DNA from: Candidatus Peregrinibacteria bacterium
Lineage (GTDB): Bacteria > Patescibacteriota > Gracilibacteria > UBA1369 > LOWO2-01-FULL-3
Direction: 5' to 3'
DNA length: 64,000 bases
Assembly (NCBI GenBank): GCA_016206505.1
Contig: JACQRJ010000036.1
Span: forward strand, 365-64,364
The notes below the pieces were generated by a model. That model did not search any database. It worked only from the letters and a program-made list of their open reading frames with translations, and was not told where the DNA came from. Positions 35,343 through 46,426 of the stretch are shown here, in pieces; the first letter of the stretch is position 1, and every line of letters begins with the position of its first letter. Both the position numbers and the translations under genes were made by a program.

Positions 35343-36590
35343 ATGAAGAAAATCCTCTCATTCTTCACAAGTTGCTCAATATTGTTAGGATTAAGCCTAA
35401 CCGCTTACGCATATACCGGTGATATTTCCATCAATCAGGCAAATATCCGTTTTTCCAATTATGACTTTATGGAAGGCAAGACAGTGCGCATTTACGCAAC
35501 AGTAACTAATCACAGCGCTCAGGACCTGCTCGGAGTTGTAAGGTTTTACGACAATGATGGCCAGATTAACGGCGACCAGGCCATTTCCATCTTCGACGGC
35601 AAAACAGACGACGTTTTTATTGATTGGACGCCGAGTTTCGGCAGCCATAGAATTGGCGTCCGTATATACCCATGGCAACCGGAAATTGACGATCCGAACA
35701 ATAATTCGATAGTAACAACAGTTTTTGCAATCCAGGACACGGATCATGACGGTATTCCCAATGAAAAAGACGATGATGACGACGGAGACGGTGTCAAAGA
35801 TTCCAATGACGATTTTCCTCTAAACTCAAAGGAACAATACGATACGGATGGCGATGGGGTGGGAAATAACAAAGATGATGATGATGACAACGATGGAGTG
35901 CCTGATAAATTTGATGATCTGCCGCTTGACCCAAATGAAACTATGGATACCGATAAAGACGGCGTCGGAGATATTAATGATACTGATGACGATGACGACG
36001 GACTGCCTGACAATGAAGAGGAAAACATGAAAACCGATCCAAAAAATCCCGACACAGATGGTGATGATTACGATGATAAAACCGACGCATTTCCGTTAAA
36101 TCCGAACGAATGGCTGGATACCGACAAAGATGATATTGGAAATAACACGGACACCGATGACGACAATGATGGAATCAAAGACGAAGCAGATGAATTTCCA
36201 CTAAACAAAGGCGCAGTGATAAAACTCAAGGAAACTCCTGCAACTCTGGATGTGATGGAAAGGTACACATTTGACGCCACTCCTTCCTATGATGAAGATG
36301 GCAAAATAGTCACTTATTTATGGGAAATAGATGGCAAAACAATTGAAGGCAATGCCATAAATCATATCTTCAGAAAAACCGGCCGTTACATGATAAATTT
36401 AAGCCTGATCGATAACGCGGGACAAATCAGCAATAAAAATTTTGAAATCAACGTCACAAACATTCGTCTTTACACACAAATCTTAGCCACTTTGATCACA
36501 ATTTTGCTTGCAATACTGATATACCTCAAGTATATTTCCTCAGCCAAAAAAGCTAAAGAATCAATTAAACAAGCCGAAAATGAAAACTGA
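35343..36590 (+). CDS. Cell-surface protein: signal peptide, CARDB-like domain, thrombospondin type-3-like Ca-binding Asp repeats, PKD-like domain, C-terminal TM anchor
   Basis: Signal peptide [23 protein letters not shown]. Repeated DTDxDGxxDxxDDDDDxDG units (nt ~35740-36200). [24 protein letters not shown] (PKD-like). C-terminal helix [16 protein letters not shown]. The track ORF start (35247) overlaps gyrA, so I trimmed it to ATG 35343. Confidence 0.8.
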   Translation: MKKILSFFTSCSILLGLSLTAYAYTGDISINQANIRFSNYDFMEGKTVRIYATVTNHSAQDLLGVVRFYDNDGQINGDQAISIFDGKTDDVFIDWTPSFGSHRIGVRIYPWQPEIDDPNNNSIVTTVFAIQDTDHDGIPNEKDDDDDGDGVKDSNDDFPLNSKEQYDTDGDGVGNNKDDDDDNDGVPDKFDDLPLDPNETMDTDKDGVGDINDTDDDDDGLPDNEEENMKTDPKNPDTDGDDYDDKTDAFPLNPNEWLDTDKDDIGNNTDTDDDNDGIKDEADEFPLNKGAVIKLKETPATLDVMERYTFDATPSYDEDGKIVTYLWEIDGKTIEGNAINHIFRKTGRYMINLSLIDNAGQISNKNFEINVTNIRLYTQILATLITILLAILIYLKYISSAKKAKESIKQAENEN

Positions 36591-36891
36591 CATTCATCCT
36601 GAATATAAACAAGTGGTATTCAGCTGCGCTTGCGGCGCCAAATACACCGCAGGTTCAACTATCAAAAACGATGAATTTCACACTGAGATCTGCTCAAATT
36701 GCCATCCTTTCTACACCGGCAAACAAAAACTTTTGGATACTTCCGGGCGCGTTGACAAATTTATGGCTAAGATGAAAAAAGCTCAGGAAATAAAAGAAAA
36801 GGCTGTAAAAAAAGTAAGCAAAGGCAAAGGCGAAGGCGAAAAAGAAGCCCGGGAAACTGCGGAAGCCGAAGAAGAAAATGTGCAAAACTGA
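36580..36891 (+). CDS. rpmE: 50S ribosomal protein L31 with a Lys/Glu-rich C-terminal tail
   Basis: [27 protein letters not shown]...[13 protein letters not shown]. Confidence 0.9.
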   Translation: MKTDIHPEYKQVVFSCACGAKYTAGSTIKNDEFHTEICSNCHPFYTGKQKLLDTSGRVDKFMAKMKKAQEIKEKAVKKVSKGKGEGEKEARETAEAEEENVQN

Positions 36892-36925
36892 ATATGTTCA
36901 AAAAATTGGCAAATACAAGGCGGCA

Positions 36926-36979
36926 GAAAAATTTTGACCGCAATGTACTTTACCTTGTACATGAGGATCAAAATTTTTC
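36926..36979 (+). terminator. Nested stem-loop downstream of rpmE (12-bp outer stem, 6-bp inner stem)
   Basis: GAAAAATTTTGA (36926-36937) pairs perfectly with TCAAAATTTTTC (36968-36979). The inner stem is ATGTAC (36943-36948) with GTACAT (36957-36962). Confidence 0.4.
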
Positions 36980-37018
36980 GACAACGCAGGATTTGTCAAT
37001 TTTTTAACATATTCTCAC

Positions 37019-38083
37019 ATGAGCGGTAATTCTTTTGGCACCAACTTCAAAATAACCACCTGGGGAGAATCCCATGGGCCGGCTGTTGGCGTAGTTATAG
37101 ATGGCTGCCCGCCAGGGATTTTTATCAAAGAAAGCGAGATACAAAAAGAAGTTGACCGCAGAAAACCGGCACGAAATTCAAAAATCAGCACAACCAGAAG
37201 GGAAGAAGACAAAGTGGAAATTCTTTCCGGTGTTTTTGAAGGCAAAACTACGGGAATGCCAATAAGCCTGATGGTCAAAAACAAAGATACAAGATCGCAG
37301 GATTATTCAGCCATCAAAGACCTTTATCGCCCGGGACATGCGGATTTCACTTATGACTTAAAATACGGCTTCCGCGATTATAGAGGGGGTGGCAGAGCTT
37401 CCGGACGCGAAACTATCGCTCGAGTCATGGCCGGAGCTTTGGCTAAAAAAATCCTGCGCCTGAAAAACAAAACCGAAATTTTCGGCCACACCTTGCAAAT
37501 CGGCGAAATCAAAGCTCAAAAATTCAACAAAAAATTTATTGAACAAAACAAACTGCGCTGTGCGGACATTAATGCTTACAAAAAAATGTCCAAATTGATC
37601 GAAAAAATCCGTTTCACCGAAGGTGATAGTATCGGCGCCATCATTGAAATAATTGTAAAAAATCCGCCAAAAGGTCTTGGCGATCCTATTTTTGACAAGC
37701 TTGAAGCGGATCTGGCCAAGGCCATGATGTCCATAGGCGCAATTAAAGGCGTGGAAATCGGCGCAGGATTTAATTGCGTAAACTTAAGAGGCAGCCAAAA
37801 CAACGACCAAATGCGCATCGAAAAAGGCAAAGTGAAATTTTTAAGTAACAATGCAGGAGGAATTTTGGGAGGAATCTCAACCGGTGAAGACATAATCATA
37901 AGGCTGGCGGTAAAACCTGTTCCATCAATCAGCAAAGAACTCAAAACAGTCACAGTAAAAGGCAAAAATTCAATCATAAAAACCCTCGGACGCCACGACT
38001 GCTGCCTGGCTCCCCGCATCATTCCGGTAGCCGAAGCGATGGCTGCCTTAGTGCTTGTAGACAAATCTTCGCAAATAGTGTAG
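37019..38083 (+). CDS. aroC: Chorismate synthase
   Basis: MSGNSFGTNFKITTWGESHGPAVGVVIDGCPPG, RPGHADFTY..., GRHDCCLAPR. Confidence 0.95.
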   Translation: MSGNSFGTNFKITTWGESHGPAVGVVIDGCPPGIFIKESEIQKEVDRRKPARNSKISTTRREEDKVEILSGVFEGKTTGMPISLMVKNKDTRSQDYSAIKDLYRPGHADFTYDLKYGFRDYRGGGRASGRETIARVMAGALAKKILRLKNKTEIFGHTLQIGEIKAQKFNKKFIEQNKLRCADINAYKKMSKLIEKIRFTEGDSIGAIIEIIVKNPPKGLGDPIFDKLEADLAKAMMSIGAIKGVEIGAGFNCVNLRGSQNNDQMRIEKGKVKFLSNNAGGILGGISTGEDIIIRLAVKPVPSISKELKTVTVKGKNSIIKTLGRHDCCLAPRIIPVAEAMAALVLVDKSSQIV

Positions 38084-38122
38084 AATAAAACACTAAAGCG
38101 AAGATTTTAAATACAAACAAGC

Positions 38123-38719
38123 ATGCCGGAAGCCGCACCAGCGCCAGCACCAGGGCCATCGGGAGCACCCATAGTCGACGTAGCCAAAAAAGCAGCTGCA
38201 TCTTTTAATGCCGGAAAAGAAAAAGTCGGTGGACATCTCGACGCAGCAGCAAAAAAAATCGCCGACAGTATGGAAGTGGACCTCGGTGAATTTGAAAAAA
38301 TGTCCGGATGGGGAATTTTATACAATGTATTTTTAAAAAGACCGGCAGTTAATATTTACAAAAGTGTTGCACCAATGATCGGCGGAGTTATGGCCAGCAC
38401 CAGAATGGCACTCAACATGCTCCTAAGTCCATTCAAAAGCATGAGGAGCCCAATAAAAAAAGTTGCCGCACCCGCAGCAGCAGCTCATACCGGCAATACC
38501 GCCGGCCTGACCAATGCAGCAGCCACACCATTTCGCACCGTAGACGATATTGCCGAAGGAACAAAAGAATTAACTTCCCGCTGGGGCCCTACCAAAATCA
38601 TTTCCTGGATTTTCGGCAAAGTTGCAAAAGTCACAGGATTCATCAAATGGACTCCGGACAAAGTAGCCGACCTCACACACAGAGCATACAAAGCTACTTC
38701 AAATTACGCTTTCGCATAA
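38123..38719 (+). CDS. Hypothetical protein (198 aa), Ala/Pro-rich N-terminus
   Basis: A clean ORF with no family recognised. Confidence 0.5.
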   Translation: MPEAAPAPAPGPSGAPIVDVAKKAAASFNAGKEKVGGHLDAAAKKIADSMEVDLGEFEKMSGWGILYNVFLKRPAVNIYKSVAPMIGGVMASTRMALNMLLSPFKSMRSPIKKVAAPAAAAHTGNTAGLTNAAATPFRTVDDIAEGTKELTSRWGPTKIISWIFGKVAKVTGFIKWTPDKVADLTHRAYKATSNYAFA

Positions 38720-38838
38720 GGAAACTATGCCCTTAGTGATCAAGCAGAAGAGGAAGTATATTTTACATATTTGCGCATCAAAGAGCAGCTTAAGCAAAGA
38801 AATAAAATATCCTTCCCCTTCTTAAGCACAAATGCTAA

Positions 38839-40077
<1,239 letters not shown>

Positions 40078-40157
40078 AGACAAAAAAAAGGAGCCGAAAA
40101 TGCGTCAATCCGGCAAACAGGTCTTCAAACTTCAAAACCTCATAATCAAAAAAAAGC

Positions 40158-40724
40158 ATGATCGCCTATCTTCAAGGAAAAATTCTTAAAAAAGAGCCAA
40201 AAGGTATCATTTTGCAAAGTGGCGATATCGGCTATTTTGTGCATCAAACAGCACTTTCACTATCGGAACTTGAAGAAAATCAGGAAATCGCACTATTTAT
40301 TCATCATAATATCAAAGAGGAACATTGGGATTTTTTCGGTTTCCAAAAATACGAAGATCTGCATTTTTTCAAATTGCTTATAACCATCTCAGGCATTGGC
40401 CCGAAACTCGCTCTGGATATTTTATCCGCACCGCAACATCAAGTCAAAGCCGCGATTCTCAATCAGGACGATTTATTTTTAAGCAAAATTCCCGGCATCG
40501 GCAAAAAAACGGCAGCCCGTATTATCATTGAACTCAAAGACAAAATCACTCTGGATAACGAAAGAGCGCCATATAAAAAATTAAACGAAGCGCATCCGGA
40601 CGCACTCGATGCCTTGCAAAAACTCGGCTATCACAGAAGAGATATCGAGAAAATTTTACATAATCTGCCTCAAGAAATATCAGAAATCGAGGACATCATC
40701 ACCTATTTCCTCAAAAACGCTTAA
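40158..40724 (+). CDS. ruvA: Holliday junction DNA helicase subunit RuvA
   Basis: MIAYLQGKI..., and the HhH motifs ISGIGPKLALDILS and IPGIGKKTAARIIIELKDK. Confidence 0.9.
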   Translation: MIAYLQGKILKKEPKGIILQSGDIGYFVHQTALSLSELEENQEIALFIHHNIKEEHWDFFGFQKYEDLHFFKLLITISGIGPKLALDILSAPQHQVKAAILNQDDLFLSKIPGIGKKTAARIIIELKDKITLDNERAPYKKLNEAHPDALDALQKLGYHRRDIEKILHNLPQEISEIEDIITYFLKNA

Positions 40725-40735
40725 ATTAAACAAAA

Positions 40736-41800
40736 ATGAAGCATCACTCCTTCCTCATCACCGACAAATCAAACATTCGCTATCTTTCAAATTTCACGGG
40801 CTCAAGCGGATTTATGCTTATCATAAATGGCAAATCCGGAAAATCTGGCAAAAAATACCTTTTCACGGACTTCCGCTATATCGAGCACGCCCAAAAAACC
40901 ATCAAAAAAGGCATAGAAATAGTAGACATCGCCAAAATGTGGCGCAACAAAGCCGACTTGAAAAAGAACTGGCAAAATCTTCTGAAATCACACAGCATCA
41001 AAAATCTTGGAGTTGAAGAAGGAGAATTGACAGTTTCACGATACAAAAGATTCAAAAAAATCAGCCCGAAAGTGAAATTTAAAGACATCTCGGGACATTT
41101 CGAAGAAATCCGTGAAATAAAAACCAAAGAAGAAATCGCTCTGATCACAAAATCGCAGCGCATAAACGAAAAAGTCTTCCTGGAAATCGAAAAAATCATC
41201 AAAAATCACAATTTTAGCCGCCCTTTAACCGAAATCGAAATCGCCTGGAAAATCAAAGAACTTGGCTTTAAAGAAAGCTCGGAGGAAGTTTCATTCGATC
41301 CCATTGTAAGCTTCGGCAAAAACTCCAGCATCGTCCATCACAGCCCCACAAAGGCAAAATTGCAAAAAAACGACATCGTACTAATCGACATGGGCATGAA
41401 ATATCACGGCTACTGCTCGGATATGACCCGCATGATTTTGCCAAAAAATGCGCCTCCCTTTATGCGGGAAATCTACGACCTCGTCTTAAAAGCGCAAATG
41501 GCCGGAATAAACGCCATAAAAGCGGGAACAACCGGCGCAAAAGCCGACAGCTTAAGCCGCAAAATCATAGAAAAATCCGGCTACGGAGAGCAATACGGTC
41601 ACAGCGGCGGCCACGGCATCGGCCTGGACATTCACGAAATCCCCTCTTTGGCCGAAAGCTACAAAAAACCCCTGCGCGAAAACTCCATCATCACCGTCGA
41701 ACCCGGCATCTACCTCCCGGGAAAGTTTGGCGTGCGCATCGAAGATATGGTTTTGGTTACGAAAAAAGGAAATATCTGTCTCACTCGGGTTGACAAATAG
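40736..41800 (+). CDS. M24-family Xaa-Pro aminopeptidase/dipeptidase
   Basis: Metal-ligand pattern DIVLIDMG...YHGYCSDMTR...GHGIGLDIHE...VEPGIY...VRIEDMV. Confidence 0.85.
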   Translation: MKHHSFLITDKSNIRYLSNFTGSSGFMLIINGKSGKSGKKYLFTDFRYIEHAQKTIKKGIEIVDIAKMWRNKADLKKNWQNLLKSHSIKNLGVEEGELTVSRYKRFKKISPKVKFKDISGHFEEIREIKTKEEIALITKSQRINEKVFLEIEKIIKNHNFSRPLTEIEIAWKIKELGFKESSEEVSFDPIVSFGKNSSIVHHSPTKAKLQKNDIVLIDMGMKYHGYCSDMTRMILPKNAPPFMREIYDLVLKAQMAGINAIKAGTTGAKADSLSRKIIEKSGYGEQYGHSGGHGIGLDIHEIPSLAESYKKPLRENSIITVEPGIYLPGKFGVRIEDMVLVTKKGNICLTRVDK

Positions 41801-41818
41801 CGAGTGGTGTTGTAATAT
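41790..41818 (+). promoter_or_regulatory. Near-consensus promoter TTGACA-17-TAATAT
   Basis: TTGACA at 41790-41795 (inside the last codons of the peptidase gene) and TAATAT at 41813-41818, 27 nt upstream of ATG 41845. Confidence 0.45.
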
Positions 41819-41844
41819 ACAAGCAATACAACTAACAAAGTCAT

Positions 41845-42582
41845 ATGGCAGATCCAAACGAAGGAAGCACGGCTCACGATCTCCCTTCTGAACCGGAAAG
41901 AAGTAAACTTAACGCAGAAGGCTGGACAGATGCGGTCGATGGAAAAAGAATGGGCGCTGCAATGATTTTGCAGCAAAACGAAAGCACTTCCGCAAGAGTG
42001 GATGCCCTAATGGCTCAAGGCAAAGATGAAGAAGAGGCCAAAGCACAAGCAATCGCAGAATTGGAACAAACAATCGAAGGCAAAACCGCAGATGTGGAAA
42101 CATACATCAGACTTTTCGCTAAAGTTGCATTAACTCCCGAAGAAGTAAAATCAGCAGAACTTAGTGATCCTACTAAAGTAGGCTCCAAACTGCCATTTGT
42201 GGCACGAGCCATGCTCTATCAAACTAGTAGCGACGGTGAGACACTGCTTCGATACGGTGCAAAAGATGGCAGCATCAAGGAAGTTACACTCAGCAATAAT
42301 GACATTGCAAGCGTAAGACAAGCCATAGCAGACTACGCTAATGAACAAACCATAGCAGGCTACGCTCATGATCCTCATAGATCGGCTAGAGAAGCCATCG
42401 CGACCTACAGACATATCAAGGCAAGCCTAAAGAAATTAGGCTTTCGCTTTGAACATCCCCCTTACAAAGAAGAACATGAACCCACAGGTTACGACATGGA
42501 TATAACTGATGCTATACATCAAAAAAGACTGAAAATGCAGCGACAAGAAGCAGATCAAAAAAGAGCAGGATTCGACTTCTAA
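41845..42582 (+). CDS. Hypothetical protein (245 aa)
   Basis: A clean ORF with its own promoter. No family recognised. Confidence 0.6.
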   Translation: MADPNEGSTAHDLPSEPERSKLNAEGWTDAVDGKRMGAAMILQQNESTSARVDALMAQGKDEEEAKAQAIAELEQTIEGKTADVETYIRLFAKVALTPEEVKSAELSDPTKVGSKLPFVARAMLYQTSSDGETLLRYGAKDGSIKEVTLSNNDIASVRQAIADYANEQTIAGYAHDPHRSAREAIATYRHIKASLKKLGFRFEHPPYKEEHEPTGYDMDITDAIHQKRLKMQRQEADQKRAGFDF

Positions 42583-42687
42583 ATCGCGCTGACCACGCAA
42601 CGCCTTTTTGTCAACCAAACCTCCTCCCCAAAATCTCCCTTTTGCACTAAACTACCGGCACAAAAAAATAGCGAAAATCTATCATAT

Positions 42688-44487
42688 ATGTGCGGAATTT
42701 GTGCTTATCAGGGTCCGGAAACCAAAGCCGTGGAAATTGTTATTGAGGCTTTAAAAAGGCTGGAATACCGTGGCTATGACTCCTGGGGCATCGCCTATAA
42801 ACCGGCCCACCTCGACCAAAACAAACCACAGGAAATCGAAATCTACAAAGAAGTCGGCAAAATCGGCGATTTCAAAAGCTCCTACGACCAATTTGGCAAA
42901 TCCAGCTTTGCCATAGGCCATTCCAGATGGGCCACGCACGGCGGAGTGACAAAAAGAAACGCTCATCCGCACATCTCTGAAAACAAAGAAATCGTTCTTG
43001 TTCACAACGGCATTTTCGAAAATTATCTGAACTTCAAAAAATATCTCGAAAAAAAAGCCCACACCTTCAAAACCGAAACCGATACCGAAGTGATCGCGCA
43101 CCTGATCGAGGAACATTACAAAACTCATTCCTTTGAAGACAGCGTCAAACTGGCCGTCAAAGAAATCGAAGGCAGATACGCAATCCTCGTCATCAACAAT
43201 AAAGACAATACCATGATCGCCGCCCGCAAAGGTTCGCCGCTGATTATCGGCGTCGGCAAAAGCAAAGGAGAATATTTTATCGCCTCCGATATTCCTGCCT
43301 TCCTGCCCTATACGAACAAAGTTGTCTACCTGGACGACAATCAAATGGTGATAGTGGAAAATCAAAAAATCCGCTTCTTCGACAATTCAACGCAGCAAGC
43401 CATCGAAAAACGCATTATTGAAATCGATTGGGATATCGAAAGTGCGGAAAAAGGCGATTTCGACCATTTTATGCTCAAGGAAATCATGGAGCAAAAAGAC
43501 ACGCTTTCACGCTCGATCAATCAGGACCCAATAACCATAAATAAAGTCGCCAGAGCGATTGAAAACGCACATGGAACATACCTCGTTGGCTGCGGCACGG
43601 CCGGAAAGGTTTGCATGGTCGCAGAATATCTCTTTGCCAAAATCGCCCACAAACATATCAATTTTTCCTTTGGTTCCGAATTTCCCTATCATCAACAATT
43701 TATAAACAACAAAACCCTGCTGATCGCAGTTTCTCAATCCGGTGAAACCGCAGATACCCTGGAAGCGCTTGAAGTAGCTCAAAAGAAAGGCGCAAAAATC
43801 ATTTCCATCGTCAATGTCGAAGGCTCCACCATGGCCAGAATGTCCGACATAGTTATTCCCATCAAAGCCGGCCCGGAAAAGGCCGTAGCCTCGACAAAAG
43901 CCACCACTTCGCAACTTGCTATCCTCACCATGCTGGCCTACGCCTGCGACGGAGGTGTGGAAAAAGGCAAACAATTACTAATCGCAACAGCAGGACAGAT
44001 CAATGACATGCTAAATCCCCGCTACGAAAACCACATCAGAAAACTGGCCAGAAAAATCCGCAAAATAGAATCCATGTACATCATCGGACGCGGCGCAAAT
44101 TTCCCCATGGCTCTGGAAGCGGCAATAAAACTGCAGGAAGTCTCATATATCCATGCCGAAGGCTTTGCCGGCGGCGAATTGAAACACGGACCGATTGCCT
44201 TAATATCCGAAGGCACACCCGTAATAGCCCTTGTCCCAAACGATGAAACCACCAAAGAAATCATCTCAAACGCCACCGAAATCAAAGCCCGTGGCGGCTA
44301 TATCATCGGCGTTTCCTCGGAAAATCACCCTGTCTTTGATTACTGGATCAGAGTACCGGATACCGGAGCTACTTCTCCCATCATCAACATCATTCCAATT
44401 CAGATTTTGGCTTACCAACTGGCAGTTCTCCGCAAAAACAACCCCGATATGCCGAGAAATCTGGCAAAAAGCGTCACTGTAAAATAG
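42688..44487 (+). CDS. glmS: Glutamine--fructose-6-phosphate aminotransferase
   Basis: MCGICAY start (Ntn Cys), two SIS domains and the C-terminal NLAKSVTVK. Confidence 0.97.
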   Translation: MCGICAYQGPETKAVEIVIEALKRLEYRGYDSWGIAYKPAHLDQNKPQEIEIYKEVGKIGDFKSSYDQFGKSSFAIGHSRWATHGGVTKRNAHPHISENKEIVLVHNGIFENYLNFKKYLEKKAHTFKTETDTEVIAHLIEEHYKTHSFEDSVKLAVKEIEGRYAILVINNKDNTMIAARKGSPLIIGVGKSKGEYFIASDIPAFLPYTNKVVYLDDNQMVIVENQKIRFFDNSTQQAIEKRIIEIDWDIESAEKGDFDHFMLKEIMEQKDTLSRSINQDPITINKVARAIENAHGTYLVGCGTAGKVCMVAEYLFAKIAHKHINFSFGSEFPYHQQFINNKTLLIAVSQSGETADTLEALEVAQKKGAKIISIVNVEGSTMARMSDIVIPIKAGPEKAVASTKATTSQLAILTMLAYACDGGVEKGKQLLIATAGQINDMLNPRYENHIRKLARKIRKIESMYIIGRGANFPMALEAAIKLQEVSYIHAEGFAGGELKHGPIALISEGTPVIALVPNDETTKEIISNATEIKARGGYIIGVSSENHPVFDYWIRVPDTGATSPIINIIPIQILAYQLAVLRKNNPDMPRNLAKSVTVK

Positions 44488-44556
44488 TCGGCGTTGCTGG
44501 TTTTTCAGCCTCCCTTTTGCTATAATAAACGGGAATTATCCTCAAAATTCCTATTC

Positions 44557-45933
44557 TTGAAATCGTTAAATCGGAAAAAAACGAAAATCGTTTGTACACT
44601 TGGACCTTCCTCTGATTCTGTCAGCGAAATCGTTTCTTTGATTCAGTCCGGAATGAATGTGGCGAGGCTGAATTTTTCACATGGCACTTATGACCATCAC
44701 AAAAAAATCATTGAAAATATTCACAAAGCCGAAAAATTAACGGGCAAAACCATTGCCATACTTCAGGATCTTCAGGGGCCAAAAATCCGCATCGGCAAGC
44801 TGCCGGATGAAGGTATCAAAGTTGTAAAAAATCAATTCATCAAACTTACGGGAGAAAAAATCATCGGTTATAAAGGAAAAAAAGAAACGGTCATTTCGCT
44901 CCAGCACAAAGGCATTATCAAAGCGGTAAAAAAAGGCGACACCGTACTTTTCAAGGATGGCCTGATCGAGAGCAAAGTAGTTCGAAAAAGTGCCGATCAT
45001 ATCATTTGCAAAGTGGTTTTTGGCGGACTGCTGACCAGTAACAACGGTGTCAATCTGCCAAATTCATACTTAAGAATCCCTACGATCACGGAAAAAGACA
45101 GACAAGATTTAAAATTTGGCCTGAAAATGGACGTAGATTTTGTGGCTTTGTCATTTGTAAAAAATGCGAAAGATATTGAAAATCTGCGCAAACTGATTGA
45201 AAAATCAGGAAAAAATCCCGATATCGTTGCAAAAATTGAGCGACATGAAGCCGTCAAAAATCTGCAATCGATTATCAAGGCAACCGATGCGGTCATGGTG
45301 GCCCGCGGAGATTTGGGCACGGATATCCCACCGGAACATGTTCCGATTGTTCAAAAAAGAATCATCGCTTTAAGCAACAAATATGGAAAACCGGTAATCA
45401 CCGCAACTCAAGTTTTACAATCAATGATTACGGAATCCATAGCAACTCGGGCCGAAATTTCCGATGCTGCCAATGCGGTTTTTGATCATACAGATGCCAT
45501 AATGCTCTCCAATGAAACAGCGGTCGGACGCTACGCGGCAAAAGCTGCAAAAACTTTAACAAAAGTGGCTTTAACGATCGAAGAAGCATTACAAGAGGAC
45601 TCTGCAAAAGCGCTGCAATTTCCTCAATATGAGGATACGGATTTAATCGTCGTGTGTACAGAAAGTGGACTGAAAGCCAAAAACATTGCCAAACACAGAC
45701 CTATAAAACCCATAATTGTTGTGACACCGAATCAAAAAACTATCAGAAAACTTCAACTGGTCTGGGGAATAAATCAAATATATAAAGCCAAATGTCCCAA
45801 TGACAACGAAAAAAGAAATGCCGTAATTTTGAAATTGCTCAAAAAAGAAAAAATCTTAAAAAAAGGCATAAAAATCACAATTATTGCAAACAACAGCCAA
45901 AAAGAAAGCCTTATTTCCACAATTAAAATTTAG
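44557..45933 (+). CDS. pyk: Pyruvate kinase
   Basis: KTKIVCTLGPSS, MNVARLNFSHG, DFVALSFV, MVARGDLG, ATQVLQSM. The track ORF starts at TTG 44494, but its first ~20 residues look non-native. The in-frame TTG at 44557 gives the usual short N-terminus. The start is uncertain. Confidence 0.9.
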   Translation: MKSLNRKKTKIVCTLGPSSDSVSEIVSLIQSGMNVARLNFSHGTYDHHKKIIENIHKAEKLTGKTIAILQDLQGPKIRIGKLPDEGIKVVKNQFIKLTGEKIIGYKGKKETVISLQHKGIIKAVKKGDTVLFKDGLIESKVVRKSADHIICKVVFGGLLTSNNGVNLPNSYLRIPTITEKDRQDLKFGLKMDVDFVALSFVKNAKDIENLRKLIEKSGKNPDIVAKIERHEAVKNLQSIIKATDAVMVARGDLGTDIPPEHVPIVQKRIIALSNKYGKPVITATQVLQSMITESIATRAEISDAANAVFDHTDAIMLSNETAVGRYAAKAAKTLTKVALTIEEALQEDSAKALQFPQYEDTDLIVVCTESGLKAKNIAKHRPIKPIIVVTPNQKTIRKLQLVWGINQIYKAKCPNDNEKRNAVILKLLKKEKILKKGIKITIIANNSQKESLISTIKI

Positions 45934-45937
45934 AGAC

Positions 45938-46426
45938 ATGAGAATTATCGGCATCGATCCCGGCACCGCAATTGTTGGCTACGCTATCCTCGAAGAGAAC
46001 GGCGGCAAAACTAGTTTGATTGATTTTGGCACAATCAGAACGCAAAAAGGTCTGCAAAATAGCTTGAGATTAAACCAAATCAGACAGGATATCGAAACAT
46101 TGATTGTAAAATTCAAACCGCAAATGGCCTCAGTCGAAAAACTTTTCTTTCAAAAAAATATTAAAACGGCGATGTCGGTTTCGGAAGCAAGAGGCGTCAT
46201 AATTGAAAAACTATCAGAAAAAGGCATAGATTTAAGCGAATATACCCCGTTGGAGATAAAAACGGCGGTCTGCGGAAACGGCAAAGCCGACAAAAAAATG
46301 GTCCAGCAAATGATAAAAATTATTTTCGGCTTAAGAGAAGTTCCAAAACCCGACGACGCCGCCGATGCAATCGCAGCGGCACTCTGCCTCAGCAATTCCT
46401 ACAAACTACAAAGTAAAACAAGATGA
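45938..46426 (+). CDS. ruvC: Crossover junction endodeoxyribonuclease RuvC
   Basis: MRIIGIDPGTAIVGYAIL..., ASVEKLFF..., PDDAADAIAAALC. The track start (45884) overlaps pyk, so I trimmed it to ATG 45938. Confidence 0.9.
   Translation: MRIIGIDPGTAIVGYAILEENGGKTSLIDFGTIRTQKGLQNSLRLNQIRQDIETLIVKFKPQMASVEKLFFQKNIKTAMSVSEARGVIIEKLSEKGIDLSEYTPLEIKTAVCGNGKADKKMVQQMIKIIFGLREVPKPDDAADAIAAALCLSNSYKLQSKTR

Noticed and set aside
35740-36200. Repetitive DNA that could be mistaken for a CRISPR or other non-coding repeat array.
   Set aside because: The repeats are in frame within a long ORF and encode Asp-rich TSP3-like units. There is no repeat-spacer regularity and there are no cas genes anywhere in the window.
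42583-42687. A possible glmS ribozyme upstream of glmS.
   Set aside because: The spacer is only ~105 nt, and I could not recognise the conserved glmS ribozyme core or pseudoknot. It is too short for the known element. An Infernal scan would settle this.
42751-43365. A 204-aa minus-strand ORF inside glmS, plus similar antisense ORFs: 43507..43974, 58123..58731, 57442..57984, 37576..38064, 21899..22363 and 33838..34221.
   Set aside because: Each lies fully inside a confidently identified conserved gene on the other strand and has a repetitive, unnatural composition. I treated them as shadow ORFs.
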